A stretch of 58,664 nucleotides of DNA from Parcubacteria group bacterium (GTDB taxonomy: Bacteria > Patescibacteriota > Minisyncoccia > UBA6257 > UBA11618). The position numbers were made by a program, and so were the translations under genes. The stretch lies in contig CALQZH010000002.1 in NCBI GenBank assembly GCA_943349395.1, positions 25,745-84,408 of the forward strand, given 5' to 3'. The notes beneath the pieces are model-generated. The model ran no database searches and had not been told where the DNA came from. It worked only from the letters and a program-made list of their open reading frames with translations. Each line of letters opens with the position of its first letter. Position 1 is the first letter of the stretch. Of this stretch, positions 33,871 to 42,390 are shown piece by piece.

Positions 33871-34707
33871 ATGGCTTCGAAGAAAAAGAAGCGGAACCCG
33901 TTATGGTATCGGGAATCATGGCTTGCGAAGCTCGATGACGATGTCGCGCTCATCATACGGATGCGCCGCGAGCGGCATATCCTGGAGGAGATCGGGGACA
34001 TACTCGGCGTGACGCGCGAGGCGATCCGGCAACGGGAAGCGAAGATCGCGAAAGCGTACGGCTGGGCCGTGTTCGAGCCTGCGCGGGGCAAGCGGCTCTA
34101 TAACCTGGAACAGGCCGTTGCCGCAGTGAAGAAGCGGAAGAAGTTCGTGAGCGAGCCGCCGATCGCGAAGGCATGCGAGGCGGGCGAGCTCGAATGCGTC
34201 CATCGGCCGGGCAGGGGCGTGAAATGGCTACTCACGGAAAAGGGATTGAGGCAACTCATGCGCCACCGGTGCGTGACGCGAAAGAAGCCGTGCAGGGTAT
34301 GCGGCAAGATCTTCGTTCCGAAAAAAGGGAGAAGGGGGACAGGTACCTGTTCCGCGAGGTGCTGCGCGACGTGGAAGCATCGGCGGTACCTTGCGCGGGG
34401 CACGACATTGCCGATCCCGGAGACGATGTATGCGTTGCATCGGACGCTCGTCGAGGAGTTGAAAGCGGCGCATGTTCTCATCTCGGACAAGAGTCAGCAG
34501 TGGCTCTTTTGGCGCGATGCGCTCGATGCGTCGGGGATTACGACCATGCAGTTCACGTACCTCAGGATCATGCGTATCCTGAAGGTGAAGCGATCGAAAA
34601 CGAGGAGGTGGCGTGGCGAGCCCGCGCGCATGTACTCGACGAGCGAGATGGCGATCGTGAGGCGGGTGTTCAAGCAATTCGAGGATAAGAAGCGGAGTAA
34701 GAAGTAG
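33871..34707 (+). CDS. putative DNA-binding protein (HTH + Cys-rich zinc-ribbon-like segment)
   Basis: AAAGGAGG precedes the ATG. A sigma-r4-like HTH (ILEEIGDILGVTREAIRQREAKI) and CRVCGKIF...CSARCC are present. The upstream promoter contains TATATTGCAT, as the paralog modules do. Confidence 0.6.
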   Translation: MASKKKKRNPLWYRESWLAKLDDDVALIIRMRRERHILEEIGDILGVTREAIRQREAKIAKAYGWAVFEPARGKRLYNLEQAVAAVKKRKKFVSEPPIAKACEAGELECVHRPGRGVKWLLTEKGLRQLMRHRCVTRKKPCRVCGKIFVPKKGRRGTGTCSARCCATWKHRRYLARGTTLPIPETMYALHRTLVEELKAAHVLISDKSQQWLFWRDALDASGITTMQFTYLRIMRILKVKRSKTRRWRGEPARMYSTSEMAIVRRVFKQFEDKKRSKK

Positions 34708-34730
34708 GGTGTGCCGGAAACGGCTTTTTC

Positions 34731-34758
34731 GCCCCGGGTCGGAGACCCGGGGCTTTTT
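34731..34758 (+). terminator. intrinsic terminator
   Basis: GCCCCGGGT-cggag-ACCCGGGGC + TTTTT, followed by CATTCAATA as at 25923. Confidence 0.75.
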
Positions 34759-34761
34759 CAT

Positions 34762-35184
34762 TCAATAGATTTTCCCCGCGCGCCAGTTATCGATGACGTT
34801 CTTGCTGTGGGGAAAGATAGGCGAGGGGAGGCGGTCAAGGTCATACCACTGCCAGTTTTTCGATTTACCAGGCTCGGCGTCATATGGCTCGCCCGCGCGC
34901 GATTCAGCCAAGAGTCCGATCGAGACGTAATGCATGCCGTAGGCGATATCGTTGCCTAGGGAGACGACACCTCGTATCTCGATATCGGCGAGACCGGCCT
35001 CTTCTTCCACTTCCCGCTTGGCGGCCTCCTCGAAGCTCTCGCCGAATTCCAAATGCCCGCCGGGAATCTGGTATGTGCTTGCTCCGTGGCCTGCCAGCCG
35101 TTCTCCGAGGAGTATTTTCCCATCGCGGATGACTATGATGCCGACACCGACTTTGGGGCGCTCGGGAGGATTCGAATCGTTCAT
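34762..35184 (-). CDS. NUDIX hydrolase
   Basis: Nudix box GGHLEFGESFEEAAKREVEEEAGL. The first 8 codons are encoded by a T-arm-like sequence (CGATTCGAATCCTCCC). Confidence 0.85.
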   Translation of the reverse strand: MNDSNPPERPKVGVGIIVIRDGKILLGERLAGHGASTYQIPGGHLEFGESFEEAAKREVEEEAGLADIEIRGVVSLGNDIAYGMHYVSIGLLAESRAGEPYDAEPGKSKNWQWYDLDRLPSPIFPHSKNVIDNWRAGKIY

Positions 35185-35215
35185 GGGGAGAGTATGCCAT
35201 GGAAAAATGGGTAGA

Positions 35216-35486
35216 GGGAGTCGCCCCTCGCCGCCTCAGGGTAAAAGAAATAGATCGTCGTCATCGCTTCGCTCCTTTCCGACGTGATTTTAAAATTCAA
35301 ACCTCTTCGCTTCGCATATCGGGATAATTTTAAAATCAGGAACCTTCGGCTCCTATTCGGAGCCTGCGGCCCGCGGTTAATGACAGGGGGAGTCGCTTCT
35401 CCCTTCGGTCGAAGTCGCTGTTTTCATAATCGCCCCGCGAGCCTCCTTGAAAATAGGGAGCCTTCGGTTCGACTCCCGCCCGCTTC
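35216..35486 (+). repeat. tRNA-convergent structured element, copy d (units d1 35216-35384 and d2 35385-35486; partner: tRNA-Gly)
   Basis: d2: AGGGGGAGTCG (35385-35395) repeats 35536-35546 of the tRNA-Gly locus. GGGAGTCG pairs with CGACTCCC (35470-35477). The core is shared with copies a and c. d1 shares TCGCCCCTCGCCGCCT and a 40-nt block with copy b. Confidence 0.65.
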
Positions 35487-35527
35487 AAATAATAAAAGCC
35501 GCTCACGAAGAGCGGCTTTTATTATTT
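35487..35527. terminator. bidirectional hairpin between element d and tRNA-Gly
   Basis: aaataataaaagccgctc-acgaa-gagcggcttttattattt. Confidence 0.7.
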
Positions 35528-35528
35528 G

Positions 35529-35600
35529 AGCGGGTAGGGGGAGTCGAACCCCCATTGACAGGTTGGAAACCTGTCGTATTAGCCGTTATACGATACCCGC
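35529..35600 (-). tRNA. tRNA-Gly (anticodon UCC)
   Basis: Acceptor GCGGGTA/TACCCGC. Anticodon arm ACAGG-TTTCCAA-CCTGT. T-arm GGGGG-TTCGACT-CCCCC. Confidence 0.9.
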
Positions 35601-35631
35601 TTTATGAGGAGATGATATAGTAAAACCGACA

Positions 35632-36129
35632 ATGTTCCAAGTAGTGACCGACGCAATAGTTCTCGACAAGGAATTCACGTACGACGCCCATGTACGCGTT
35701 CATTTATTCACGAAAGAGTGCGGCAAGATCGTAGGGAAGGCGACCAGCGCGCGGAAAATAACGTCGAAGCTCGGCGCGCACTTGGAGCCTCTGGCCTTGA
35801 GCGCCGTGCAGTTCGTGCAGAAGAACCACCTGCCGCAGATCACGGACGCGCTCGCGAAGCGCAGGCTCCCGCCCGAGGCGATGCCGGTGCTCCGCATGGT
35901 GCGGATGTTGGCACCCGAATACGAGCCCGATCAGGAGCTCTGGGCGCTCCTCGCGGGAGAGTCGCCCTCGCCGTCGCGCGTATTAGCCGTCCTGGGCTAC
36001 GATCCGCTCTTCGCCTCATGCGAATGGTGCGGCAAGCCGCCGTCGCATTTTTCCCTGAAGACGCTCTTTTTCGTGTGTGCCGGGTGCGTGCCGCGATGCG
36101 GCGCGTCGTACGATTGCGCGGCACTGTGA
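35632..36129 (+). CDS. recO: RecO-like DNA repair protein (short form)
   Basis: An N-terminal OB-like start (TDAIVLDKEFTYDAHVRVHLFTKECGKIVGKA) and a C-terminal CxxC...CxxC (CEWCGK...CAGC), as in RecO. Confidence 0.55.
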   Translation: MFQVVTDAIVLDKEFTYDAHVRVHLFTKECGKIVGKATSARKITSKLGAHLEPLALSAVQFVQKNHLPQITDALAKRRLPPEAMPVLRMVRMLAPEYEPDQELWALLAGESPSPSRVLAVLGYDPLFASCEWCGKPPSHFSLKTLFFVCAGCVPRCGASYDCAAL

Positions 36130-36156
36130 CCGGGAGTACGATGAAGGGATATTCGG

Positions 36157-37887
36157 ATGAAATACTTTTTCGCATGGTGCGCAGCGCTCGTGCTCGCGGG
36201 GGCCGGCGCGTGGTATGTCGCGGGCTTTTCGGGCGGAAGCGATAGTGGCGCGAAGCTCATCTTCAAGGGGCCCGATGCGGCGCGCTATGGCGCGCCGTTC
36301 GAGCTCGCGGTCGGCGTATCGAACGCGACGGGCGCGGTATGGAAGGATGTGGGCTTGGCGCTTACGTTGCCGCCCGGCCTGATTTTCGCCGACGGATCGG
36401 GGAGCCAGTCATTCGTGTCGAAGCAGTTGGGGGACTTGGGGGATGGTTCGCTCACGAATGTCGTGTTCGAGCTGATGCCCGTTGAGGGTGATGCGGTTCC
36501 CGTGCCCGAGGGGCAGGGGGGAGACGCTCCTGCGGAGGCGCCCGTGACGGCCGTGTCTGTCCGCTTGAGCTATACGCCGGCAGGAGGGACGGCGGTATTT
36601 GAGAAGTATGAGGATTGGCAGGCTCCCGCGCCCGCCCCGGCAATCGACCTCTCGCTTGCGGCGCCCGAGAAGGTGTCCGCAGGGGAGGAATTCAAGATCG
36701 AGGCGGCGTATGCGAACGGGTCCGAGGGCGACCTGGACGGCGTTTCGATCGAGGTGGAGTACCCGGCCTCGTTCGCGTTCGCGAAGGCGAGCGCCGACCC
36801 CGATGCGAATGGCACGGAGGGTGGCACATGGAACGTGGGGGCAATTTCCAAGGGATCGTCGGACTCGTTCGCGGTCTTCGGGCGTATCAAGGAGGCGACG
36901 ACGAGCATGTTCGCGGCGACTGCCTACCGGTCCGTACGCGGGGCGAAGCGGCCCATAGCCCGCGCGGAGGTTTCGGTCGTCGCCGAGCAGTCGCCGCTCA
37001 CGGTCGAGATCGATGCGAACGATAGTCCCGATTACGTGGCGCACCCGGGCGATACGGTCACGTTCACCGTCTCGTACGTCGGCGACGGCCTAAAGGTTCC
37101 GAAAGGCGGCATCATGATCACGGCATCGCCCTCGTCGCCCTTATTCGACCTTTCGACCATCGTGCCGCGTGACGGAGGAACGGTGAGGAGGAGCGGCTCG
37201 ACGGGCGGTCAAGAGATCGCGTGGACTATTCCCGGGTCGGGCGATGGGGGAGGCTCTGTGGGATTCACGATAAGGCTCAAGGGCGATTATGGCATACGGC
37301 GCCTGAGCGACCGCAATTTCACGGCCAAGATGCATGCCGAGGTGAAGATCGGCAGTACGGTCGGGAGCGCGGACAAGGAGATGAAGATCGGCGGCCGTAC
37401 GGATATCGGGGCGAAGGCGTATTTCCGCGATGCCGATGCGGGCATCGTGAACAAGGGGTCGGTGCCGCCGAAGGCGGGGGTTGCGACCGAGTACACGATA
37501 CATTGGGCGCTGAAGAACCAGGCGACTGACGTGAAGGGTATCGAGGTGCGCGCGACGTTGCCTGAGGGGGTACGGTGCACGGGCACCGTGAAGAGCACTA
37601 TCGACACGAAGCCTGCGTGCGATGCGGCTAAGAACGAGGTTGTATGGAAGGTGGCGCGAATGTCCGCGACGACCGGGGTTCTCGGCAAGGGGCCCGAGGC
37701 GATCTTCCAGGTCGCGGGAACGCCGACTGCCGCGATGGCGGGGAAATACATGCCGCTCGTGGGAACGACCACGCTCTCGGCAATGGACGATTTCTCGGGC
37801 GCGGCAATCGCGACGTCGGCTCAGGAGATCACGACCGCATTGCCGGATGACCTGACCGTGGGTGCGGCGGGAATTGTCGTGCCCTAG
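36157..37887 (+). CDS. large secreted/surface protein with repeated beta-rich domains
   Basis: 576 aa with an N-terminal anchor (FFAWCAALVLAGAGAWYVAG). It has repeated Gly/Thr/Val-rich modules. No specific family recognised. Confidence 0.7.
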   Translation: MKYFFAWCAALVLAGAGAWYVAGFSGGSDSGAKLIFKGPDAARYGAPFELAVGVSNATGAVWKDVGLALTLPPGLIFADGSGSQSFVSKQLGDLGDGSLTNVVFELMPVEGDAVPVPEGQGGDAPAEAPVTAVSVRLSYTPAGGTAVFEKYEDWQAPAPAPAIDLSLAAPEKVSAGEEFKIEAAYANGSEGDLDGVSIEVEYPASFAFAKASADPDANGTEGGTWNVGAISKGSSDSFAVFGRIKEATTSMFAATAYRSVRGAKRPIARAEVSVVAEQSPLTVEIDANDSPDYVAHPGDTVTFTVSYVGDGLKVPKGGIMITASPSSPLFDLSTIVPRDGGTVRRSGSTGGQEIAWTIPGSGDGGGSVGFTIRLKGDYGIRRLSDRNFTAKMHAEVKIGSTVGSADKEMKIGGRTDIGAKAYFRDADAGIVNKGSVPPKAGVATEYTIHWALKNQATDVKGIEVRATLPEGVRCTGTVKSTIDTKPACDAAKNEVVWKVARMSATTGVLGKGPEAIFQVAGTPTAAMAGKYMPLVGTTTLSAMDDFSGAAIATSAQEITTALPDDLTVGAAGIVVP

Positions 37888-37907
37888 ATTGCATGGTATA
37901 AAAACGC

Positions 37908-39215
37908 ATGGACAGGATGGAAGCCATAACCGATCTCGCGAAGCGCCGGGGATTCGTATTCCCCGGTTCCGATATTTATGGCGGACTCGCGAATTCCTGG
38001 GACTACGGTCCGCTCGGCACCGAGCTCAAGAAGAACATAAAGGACGAGTGGTGGAAGCGCTTCGTGCGCGAGCGCACCGACATGGTCGGCATCGATGCCG
38101 CGCTCATCATGAACCCTAAGGTATGGGAGGCCTCCGGCCACGTGAAGCAGTTCGCCGACCCGCTCGTCGAGTGCACGAAGTGCCATGAGCGTTTCCGCGC
38201 GGATCAGGCGGGCGAGAAGTGCCCGTCATGCGGGGGCGCCTTCGGACCAGCCCGGCAATTCAACCTGATGTTCAAGACATTCCTCGGCTCGACCGAGGAG
38301 GCGAAGAACCAGGCGTATCTCCGCGGCGAGCTCGCGCAGGCGATGTTCGTAGACTTTCCGGCCGTACTCCAGTCGATGCGCCGCCGGCTGCCGTTCGGCA
38401 TCGCATCCCAAGGCAGGGTATTCAGGAACGAGATCACGCCGGGCAATTTCATATTCCGCACGCGCGAATTCGACCTCATGGAGTTCGAGTATTTCTGCGT
38501 GGCGAGCGAGTGGGAAAAGCATTTCGAATACTGGCTCAGCGAGATGAAGGCGTGGCTCGCGCACTGCGGCGTGGACGCCAAGAATCTACACTTCCATGAG
38601 ATCGAGGACGGGGAGCGCGCGCATTACTCGAAGCGCACGGTGGACATCGAGTACGAGTATCCCTTCGGCCGGAAGGAATTGTACGGCCTCGCATACCGCA
38701 CGGATTTCGACTTGAAGAATCATATGGAATCGAGCGGGAGGGACATGCGCTACGCCGACCACGAAACGGGCGAGAGGTCCGTGCCGCACGTCGTGGAGCC
38801 CACCTTCGGCCTCGACCGTACGGTCCTCGTATCGCTTCTCGAAGCCTACCGCGAAGAGCAGGCGCCGACAGCGGAAGAGGGGGAAACCGACGCGCGCATC
38901 GTGATGAAGTTCCCGAAGTGGATGGCACCCTACAAGGTTGCGGTCCTGCCGCTGTCAAAGAAGAAGGAGATTACGGACATCGCGGAACCTCTGTACGCCG
39001 AATTGCGGAAAGCGATGATGTGCGACTATGACGAGACGCAGTCGATCGGCAAGCGGTACCGCAGGCAGGACGAGATCGGCACTCCGTATTGCGTGACGGT
39101 GGATTTCGATACGGCGAAGGACGGCTGCGTTACCGTGCGCGACCGGGACTCGATGGCGCAGGAGCGGGTGAAGATCGCGGGGCTCGCGGAATACTTGACT
39201 GAAAAGATAAAATAA
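37908..39215 (+). CDS. glyQS: glycine--tRNA ligase (class II, dimeric type)
   Basis: LAKRRGFVFPGSDIYGGLANSWDYGPLG, FRNEITPGNFIFRTREFDLMEFEYF and an anticodon-binding C-terminus. Confidence 0.95.
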   Translation: MDRMEAITDLAKRRGFVFPGSDIYGGLANSWDYGPLGTELKKNIKDEWWKRFVRERTDMVGIDAALIMNPKVWEASGHVKQFADPLVECTKCHERFRADQAGEKCPSCGGAFGPARQFNLMFKTFLGSTEEAKNQAYLRGELAQAMFVDFPAVLQSMRRRLPFGIASQGRVFRNEITPGNFIFRTREFDLMEFEYFCVASEWEKHFEYWLSEMKAWLAHCGVDAKNLHFHEIEDGERAHYSKRTVDIEYEYPFGRKELYGLAYRTDFDLKNHMESSGRDMRYADHETGERSVPHVVEPTFGLDRTVLVSLLEAYREEQAPTAEEGETDARIVMKFPKWMAPYKVAVLPLSKKKEITDIAEPLYAELRKAMMCDYDETQSIGKRYRRQDEIGTPYCVTVDFDTAKDGCVTVRDRDSMAQERVKIAGLAEYLTEKIK

Positions 39216-39290
39216 GGCATTTTAGGATGCGATGCGCGGGCATCGATATGTCCGCAAGGTGGATTGGCTTTTTGGCAATAAGGGGGAAGA

Positions 39291-39902
39291 ATGAATCGAT
39301 TCCAGTGGATGATGCGCGAGCATCGCATAACCTGCGGCTTGCGACTCCTTCGCGGTCTGGAAGATGCTGATTGGCGGGGCATTCTCTACGATGCATGGTC
39401 AGAGGAGTGCGAAAAGAGGCATATCTATGTGCCAAGCGGGCTATCGTTTTCCGAGCTCGTTCGAATGCTCGGGGATTGCGGCGTCGTGGTGGATACGGGC
39501 AATCTTGTTCCGGGATACGAGTGTCGGCCTACGAGGGCTGGACTGCTCGAGTATTCTCCGGATGAGCCGCTGCTCGCGTGGGCTTCTGGCAGCGATTCGT
39601 TCGGCATGAGCAAGGAGGAGCATGGCGCGTGGGCACATGGCAAAGGGGGTATCCCTATGCATGCGGAGCATTTCCTGTATATTTGCCTGCGGGCGTGCAT
39701 TCTGGAGATCCCGTTGCCGCACACGGGCCAGTATCTGGTTCGGATGTGTAACGACGCGGCAGAACCGGGGCGCAGGCTCGCGCTGCAATGCATTCCGCGC
39801 GACGGTGCGGATACGGTGCTGATCACTGCGATCAGTGACGACTGGGCTTCGCTGAATTGCGGGACCATTGCTGAGATCTTCGCCCCGGAGCCGATTCGCT
39901 GA
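39291..39902 (+). CDS. hypothetical protein
   Basis: 203-aa ORF, GC-rich and Cys/Trp-containing. No motif recognised. Confidence 0.5.
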   Translation: MNRFQWMMREHRITCGLRLLRGLEDADWRGILYDAWSEECEKRHIYVPSGLSFSELVRMLGDCGVVVDTGNLVPGYECRPTRAGLLEYSPDEPLLAWASGSDSFGMSKEEHGAWAHGKGGIPMHAEHFLYICLRACILEIPLPHTGQYLVRMCNDAAEPGRRLALQCIPRDGADTVLITAISDDWASLNCGTIAEIFAPEPIR

Positions 39903-40042
39903 TCGTGATGGTGAGGAGTATGTGGCGTGCGGAGCGCTTTATGACGCCGATCAGTTTGATGGTTGGCGTCATTTTTTATGCTGAATTTTCATATTTCTGT
40001 CAAATTGCCTTAGCGGCTCTTTTTGGTGTATCGTGGTGGTCT

Positions 40043-41317
40043 ATGCGGACGTGCACGAAAACGGTACTCGAGAATGGCCTGCGGATACTGACCATTCCCA
40101 GGAAGGACGACTTGGCGACCACCTTTCTTGTGCTTGTCGAGGCCGGCTCGGAATACGAGACGAAGGAGATCAGCGGACTCTCGCATTTCCTCGAGCATAT
40201 GTGCTTCAAGGGCACGACGAAGCGCCCGAAAGCCATGGATATCGCGGGGGAACTCGACGGCCTCGGGGCCGACTACAACGCCTTTACCGCACAAGAATGC
40301 ACGGGCTATTTCGCGAAGGCCGAGGCGCATAAATTGCACCAGGCGCTCGACATCGTGTCCGATCTCTACCTGAACCCGGTGTTCGACCTGGCGGAGATCG
40401 AGAAGGAGAAGGGCGTCGTGATCGAGGAGATCAATATGTATGAGGATATGCCTGCGCGAAAGGTGACCGACTACTTCATGGAGCTCCTGTACGGCGACCA
40501 GCCGGCAGGGTGGGACGTTGCGGGCACGAAGGACGTCGTGCGATCGCTGACAAAGGGCCAGCTCGCGGCATATCGCGCGGCGCACTATGTGCCGGGAGCG
40601 ACGGTGATCGTGGCCGCAGGAGGCTTCGACGAGGAAGATATAATAAAGAAGATTAAGGAGACGTTCGGCGCGATTCCAGCATCCCCGAAAGGCGCGAAGG
40701 CGAAGGTCATCGAGGCACAGACGGTTCCGCAGGTGCTCTTGAAGAAGAAGGCGGTCGATCAGACGCATGTGATGTTGGGATGCCGGGCATTCTCGGCGTT
40801 CGACGAGCGCCGATTCGCGCTCGAAGTCCTCTCGGACGTCTTGGGCGGCGGCATGAGCTCGCGCCTATTCCAGAAGGTGCGCGAGGAGCTCGGTGCGGCC
40901 TATAGCGTGCGGGCAGGAACCGACCTCTTCACCGATCACGGCTATCTCGCGGTCAATGCGGGCGTGGACCAGGCGAAGCTTTTCACGGTAATCATGGCGA
41001 TTTTGGATGAAATGAAGAAGCTGAAAGACGATCTCGTGCCCGAAGGCGAGCTGCGCCGCGCGAAGAACCATCTCGTGGGGCGCATTATTCTCGGCCTCGA
41101 GGCTTCGGACGAGCTCGCGTCGTTCTATGGGGCGCAGGAGATCGCGGGCGAACCCCTAATGTCCCCGCAAGAACTTGTCGCGAAACTCGAAGCGGTGACC
41201 GCGGAGGAGGTTCGGGACGTGGCGCGCGCGGTCTTCGTGAACGAGGGTCTGAACATGGCAGTCATCGGCCCGATCGCGGACGACACCGAGCTGAAAGCGG
41301 CATTGCGCTTGGCCTGA
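40043..41317 (+). CDS. M16-family zinc peptidase (insulinase-like)
   Basis: HxxEH zinc motif (GLSHFLEHMCFKGT). I take the ATG at 40043 (MRTCTKTVLENGLRILTI) rather than the long track N-terminus. Confidence 0.85.
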   Translation: MRTCTKTVLENGLRILTIPRKDDLATTFLVLVEAGSEYETKEISGLSHFLEHMCFKGTTKRPKAMDIAGELDGLGADYNAFTAQECTGYFAKAEAHKLHQALDIVSDLYLNPVFDLAEIEKEKGVVIEEINMYEDMPARKVTDYFMELLYGDQPAGWDVAGTKDVVRSLTKGQLAAYRAAHYVPGATVIVAAGGFDEEDIIKKIKETFGAIPASPKGAKAKVIEAQTVPQVLLKKKAVDQTHVMLGCRAFSAFDERRFALEVLSDVLGGGMSSRLFQKVREELGAAYSVRAGTDLFTDHGYLAVNAGVDQAKLFTVIMAILDEMKKLKDDLVPEGELRRAKNHLVGRIILGLEASDELASFYGAQEIAGEPLMSPQELVAKLEAVTAEEVRDVARAVFVNEGLNMAVIGPIADDTELKAALRLA

Positions 41318-41322
41318 ATCCG

Positions 41323-42378
41323 TTGCAGAATGGGATCATGGAATCGTCCTCCCCGTTCGAAATCTCATGGCAGAGCCTGTGGAGGATAGCGGCGACGGTG
41401 GGAATCGTGGCCGTCATATACGCCGGGCTTCCGGTAATACTCGGCTTTTGCCTCGCCGTGGTCATCGCGGCCGCGCTTGACGGGCCGATCACCTGGCTGC
41501 AGAAGAAGCGCATCCCGCGCGTCGTGGGCGCGCTCGGCATATTCCTGATCGGGTTCGTGGCGGTCGCCGCGCTCATTTATGCCGTCGTGCCGCTCGCCAT
41601 ATCCGAATTCACCACACTCTTCGCGACCCTCACGAAATTCAAGACGGGGAACACGTCGAGCATACTGGGTATCGTGAAGGTGTCCCAGGTGGTCGGGATC
41701 GTGATCGAGCGCTTCAATGGCATCGCGAACGCCCTGATTACGGGCAATATATCGCTCTTCTCGGTCGCAAGCTTCTTTCTGGGCGGCATATTCCTCACGG
41801 TCGCAATCTTCGTGTTGTCGTTCTATCTCACGGTCGGGCAGGACGGCGTCGAGCGGTTCATACTGGCCGTTGTGCCTCCGGCATACGAGGACTACGCGCT
41901 CGACCTCTACTTCCGCGTGCGCCACAAGATCGGCAAGTGGCTGAAAGCGCAGATATTCCTGTCGTTCATCGTGGCGATATCGGTGCTGATCGGGCTCTGG
42001 CTCCTGGACGTCGACTACGCCCTCTTGCTCGCGATCATCGCGGGGCTCTTCGAGATCATACCGTTCGTCGGCCCGATATTCTCAGGAGGGCTCGCGGTGC
42101 TCCTCGCGATGTCCAATTCATTCGCGGTCGCTTTCTATGTGCTCGCGCTCTTCGTGATCGTCCAGCAGGTCGAGAGCCACGTCCTCGTCCCGACCGTGAT
42201 GCGTCTCGCGACGAGCCTGAACCCCGCGCTCGTCATCATCGCATTGATGCTCGGGAGCGCCGTGTTCGGCTTCGTGGGGCTGATCTTGGCCGTGCCCGCG
42301 GCCGTACTCCTGCAGGAGATCGCGGAGGATTGGACGGTGACGAAAGCGAAGCAGAAGAGTCGGGGTCTCGGCCTTTAA
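41323..42378 (+). CDS. AI-2E/PerM-family transporter (UPF0118)
   Basis: 351 aa with about 8 TM segments. The C-terminal pattern (PFVGPIFSGGLAVLLA...VLALFVIVQQVESHVLVP) is typical of the family. Confidence 0.8.
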   Translation: MQNGIMESSSPFEISWQSLWRIAATVGIVAVIYAGLPVILGFCLAVVIAAALDGPITWLQKKRIPRVVGALGIFLIGFVAVAALIYAVVPLAISEFTTLFATLTKFKTGNTSSILGIVKVSQVVGIVIERFNGIANALITGNISLFSVASFFLGGIFLTVAIFVLSFYLTVGQDGVERFILAVVPPAYEDYALDLYFRVRHKIGKWLKAQIFLSFIVAISVLIGLWLLDVDYALLLAIIAGLFEIIPFVGPIFSGGLAVLLAMSNSFAVAFYVLALFVIVQQVESHVLVPTVMRLATSLNPALVIIALMLGSAVFGFVGLILAVPAAVLLQEIAEDWTVTKAKQKSRGLGL

Positions 42379-42390
42379 TCCCATCAGATC

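Noticed and set aside
35160-35184. T-arm-like sequence (CGATTCGAATCCTCCC) encoding the first codons of the NUDIX gene, considered as a further element copy or tRNA fragment.
   Set aside because: It is only about 16 nt, with no adjoining conserved core or hairpin. It could be a relic of the neighbouring array, but that cannot be supported on its own.
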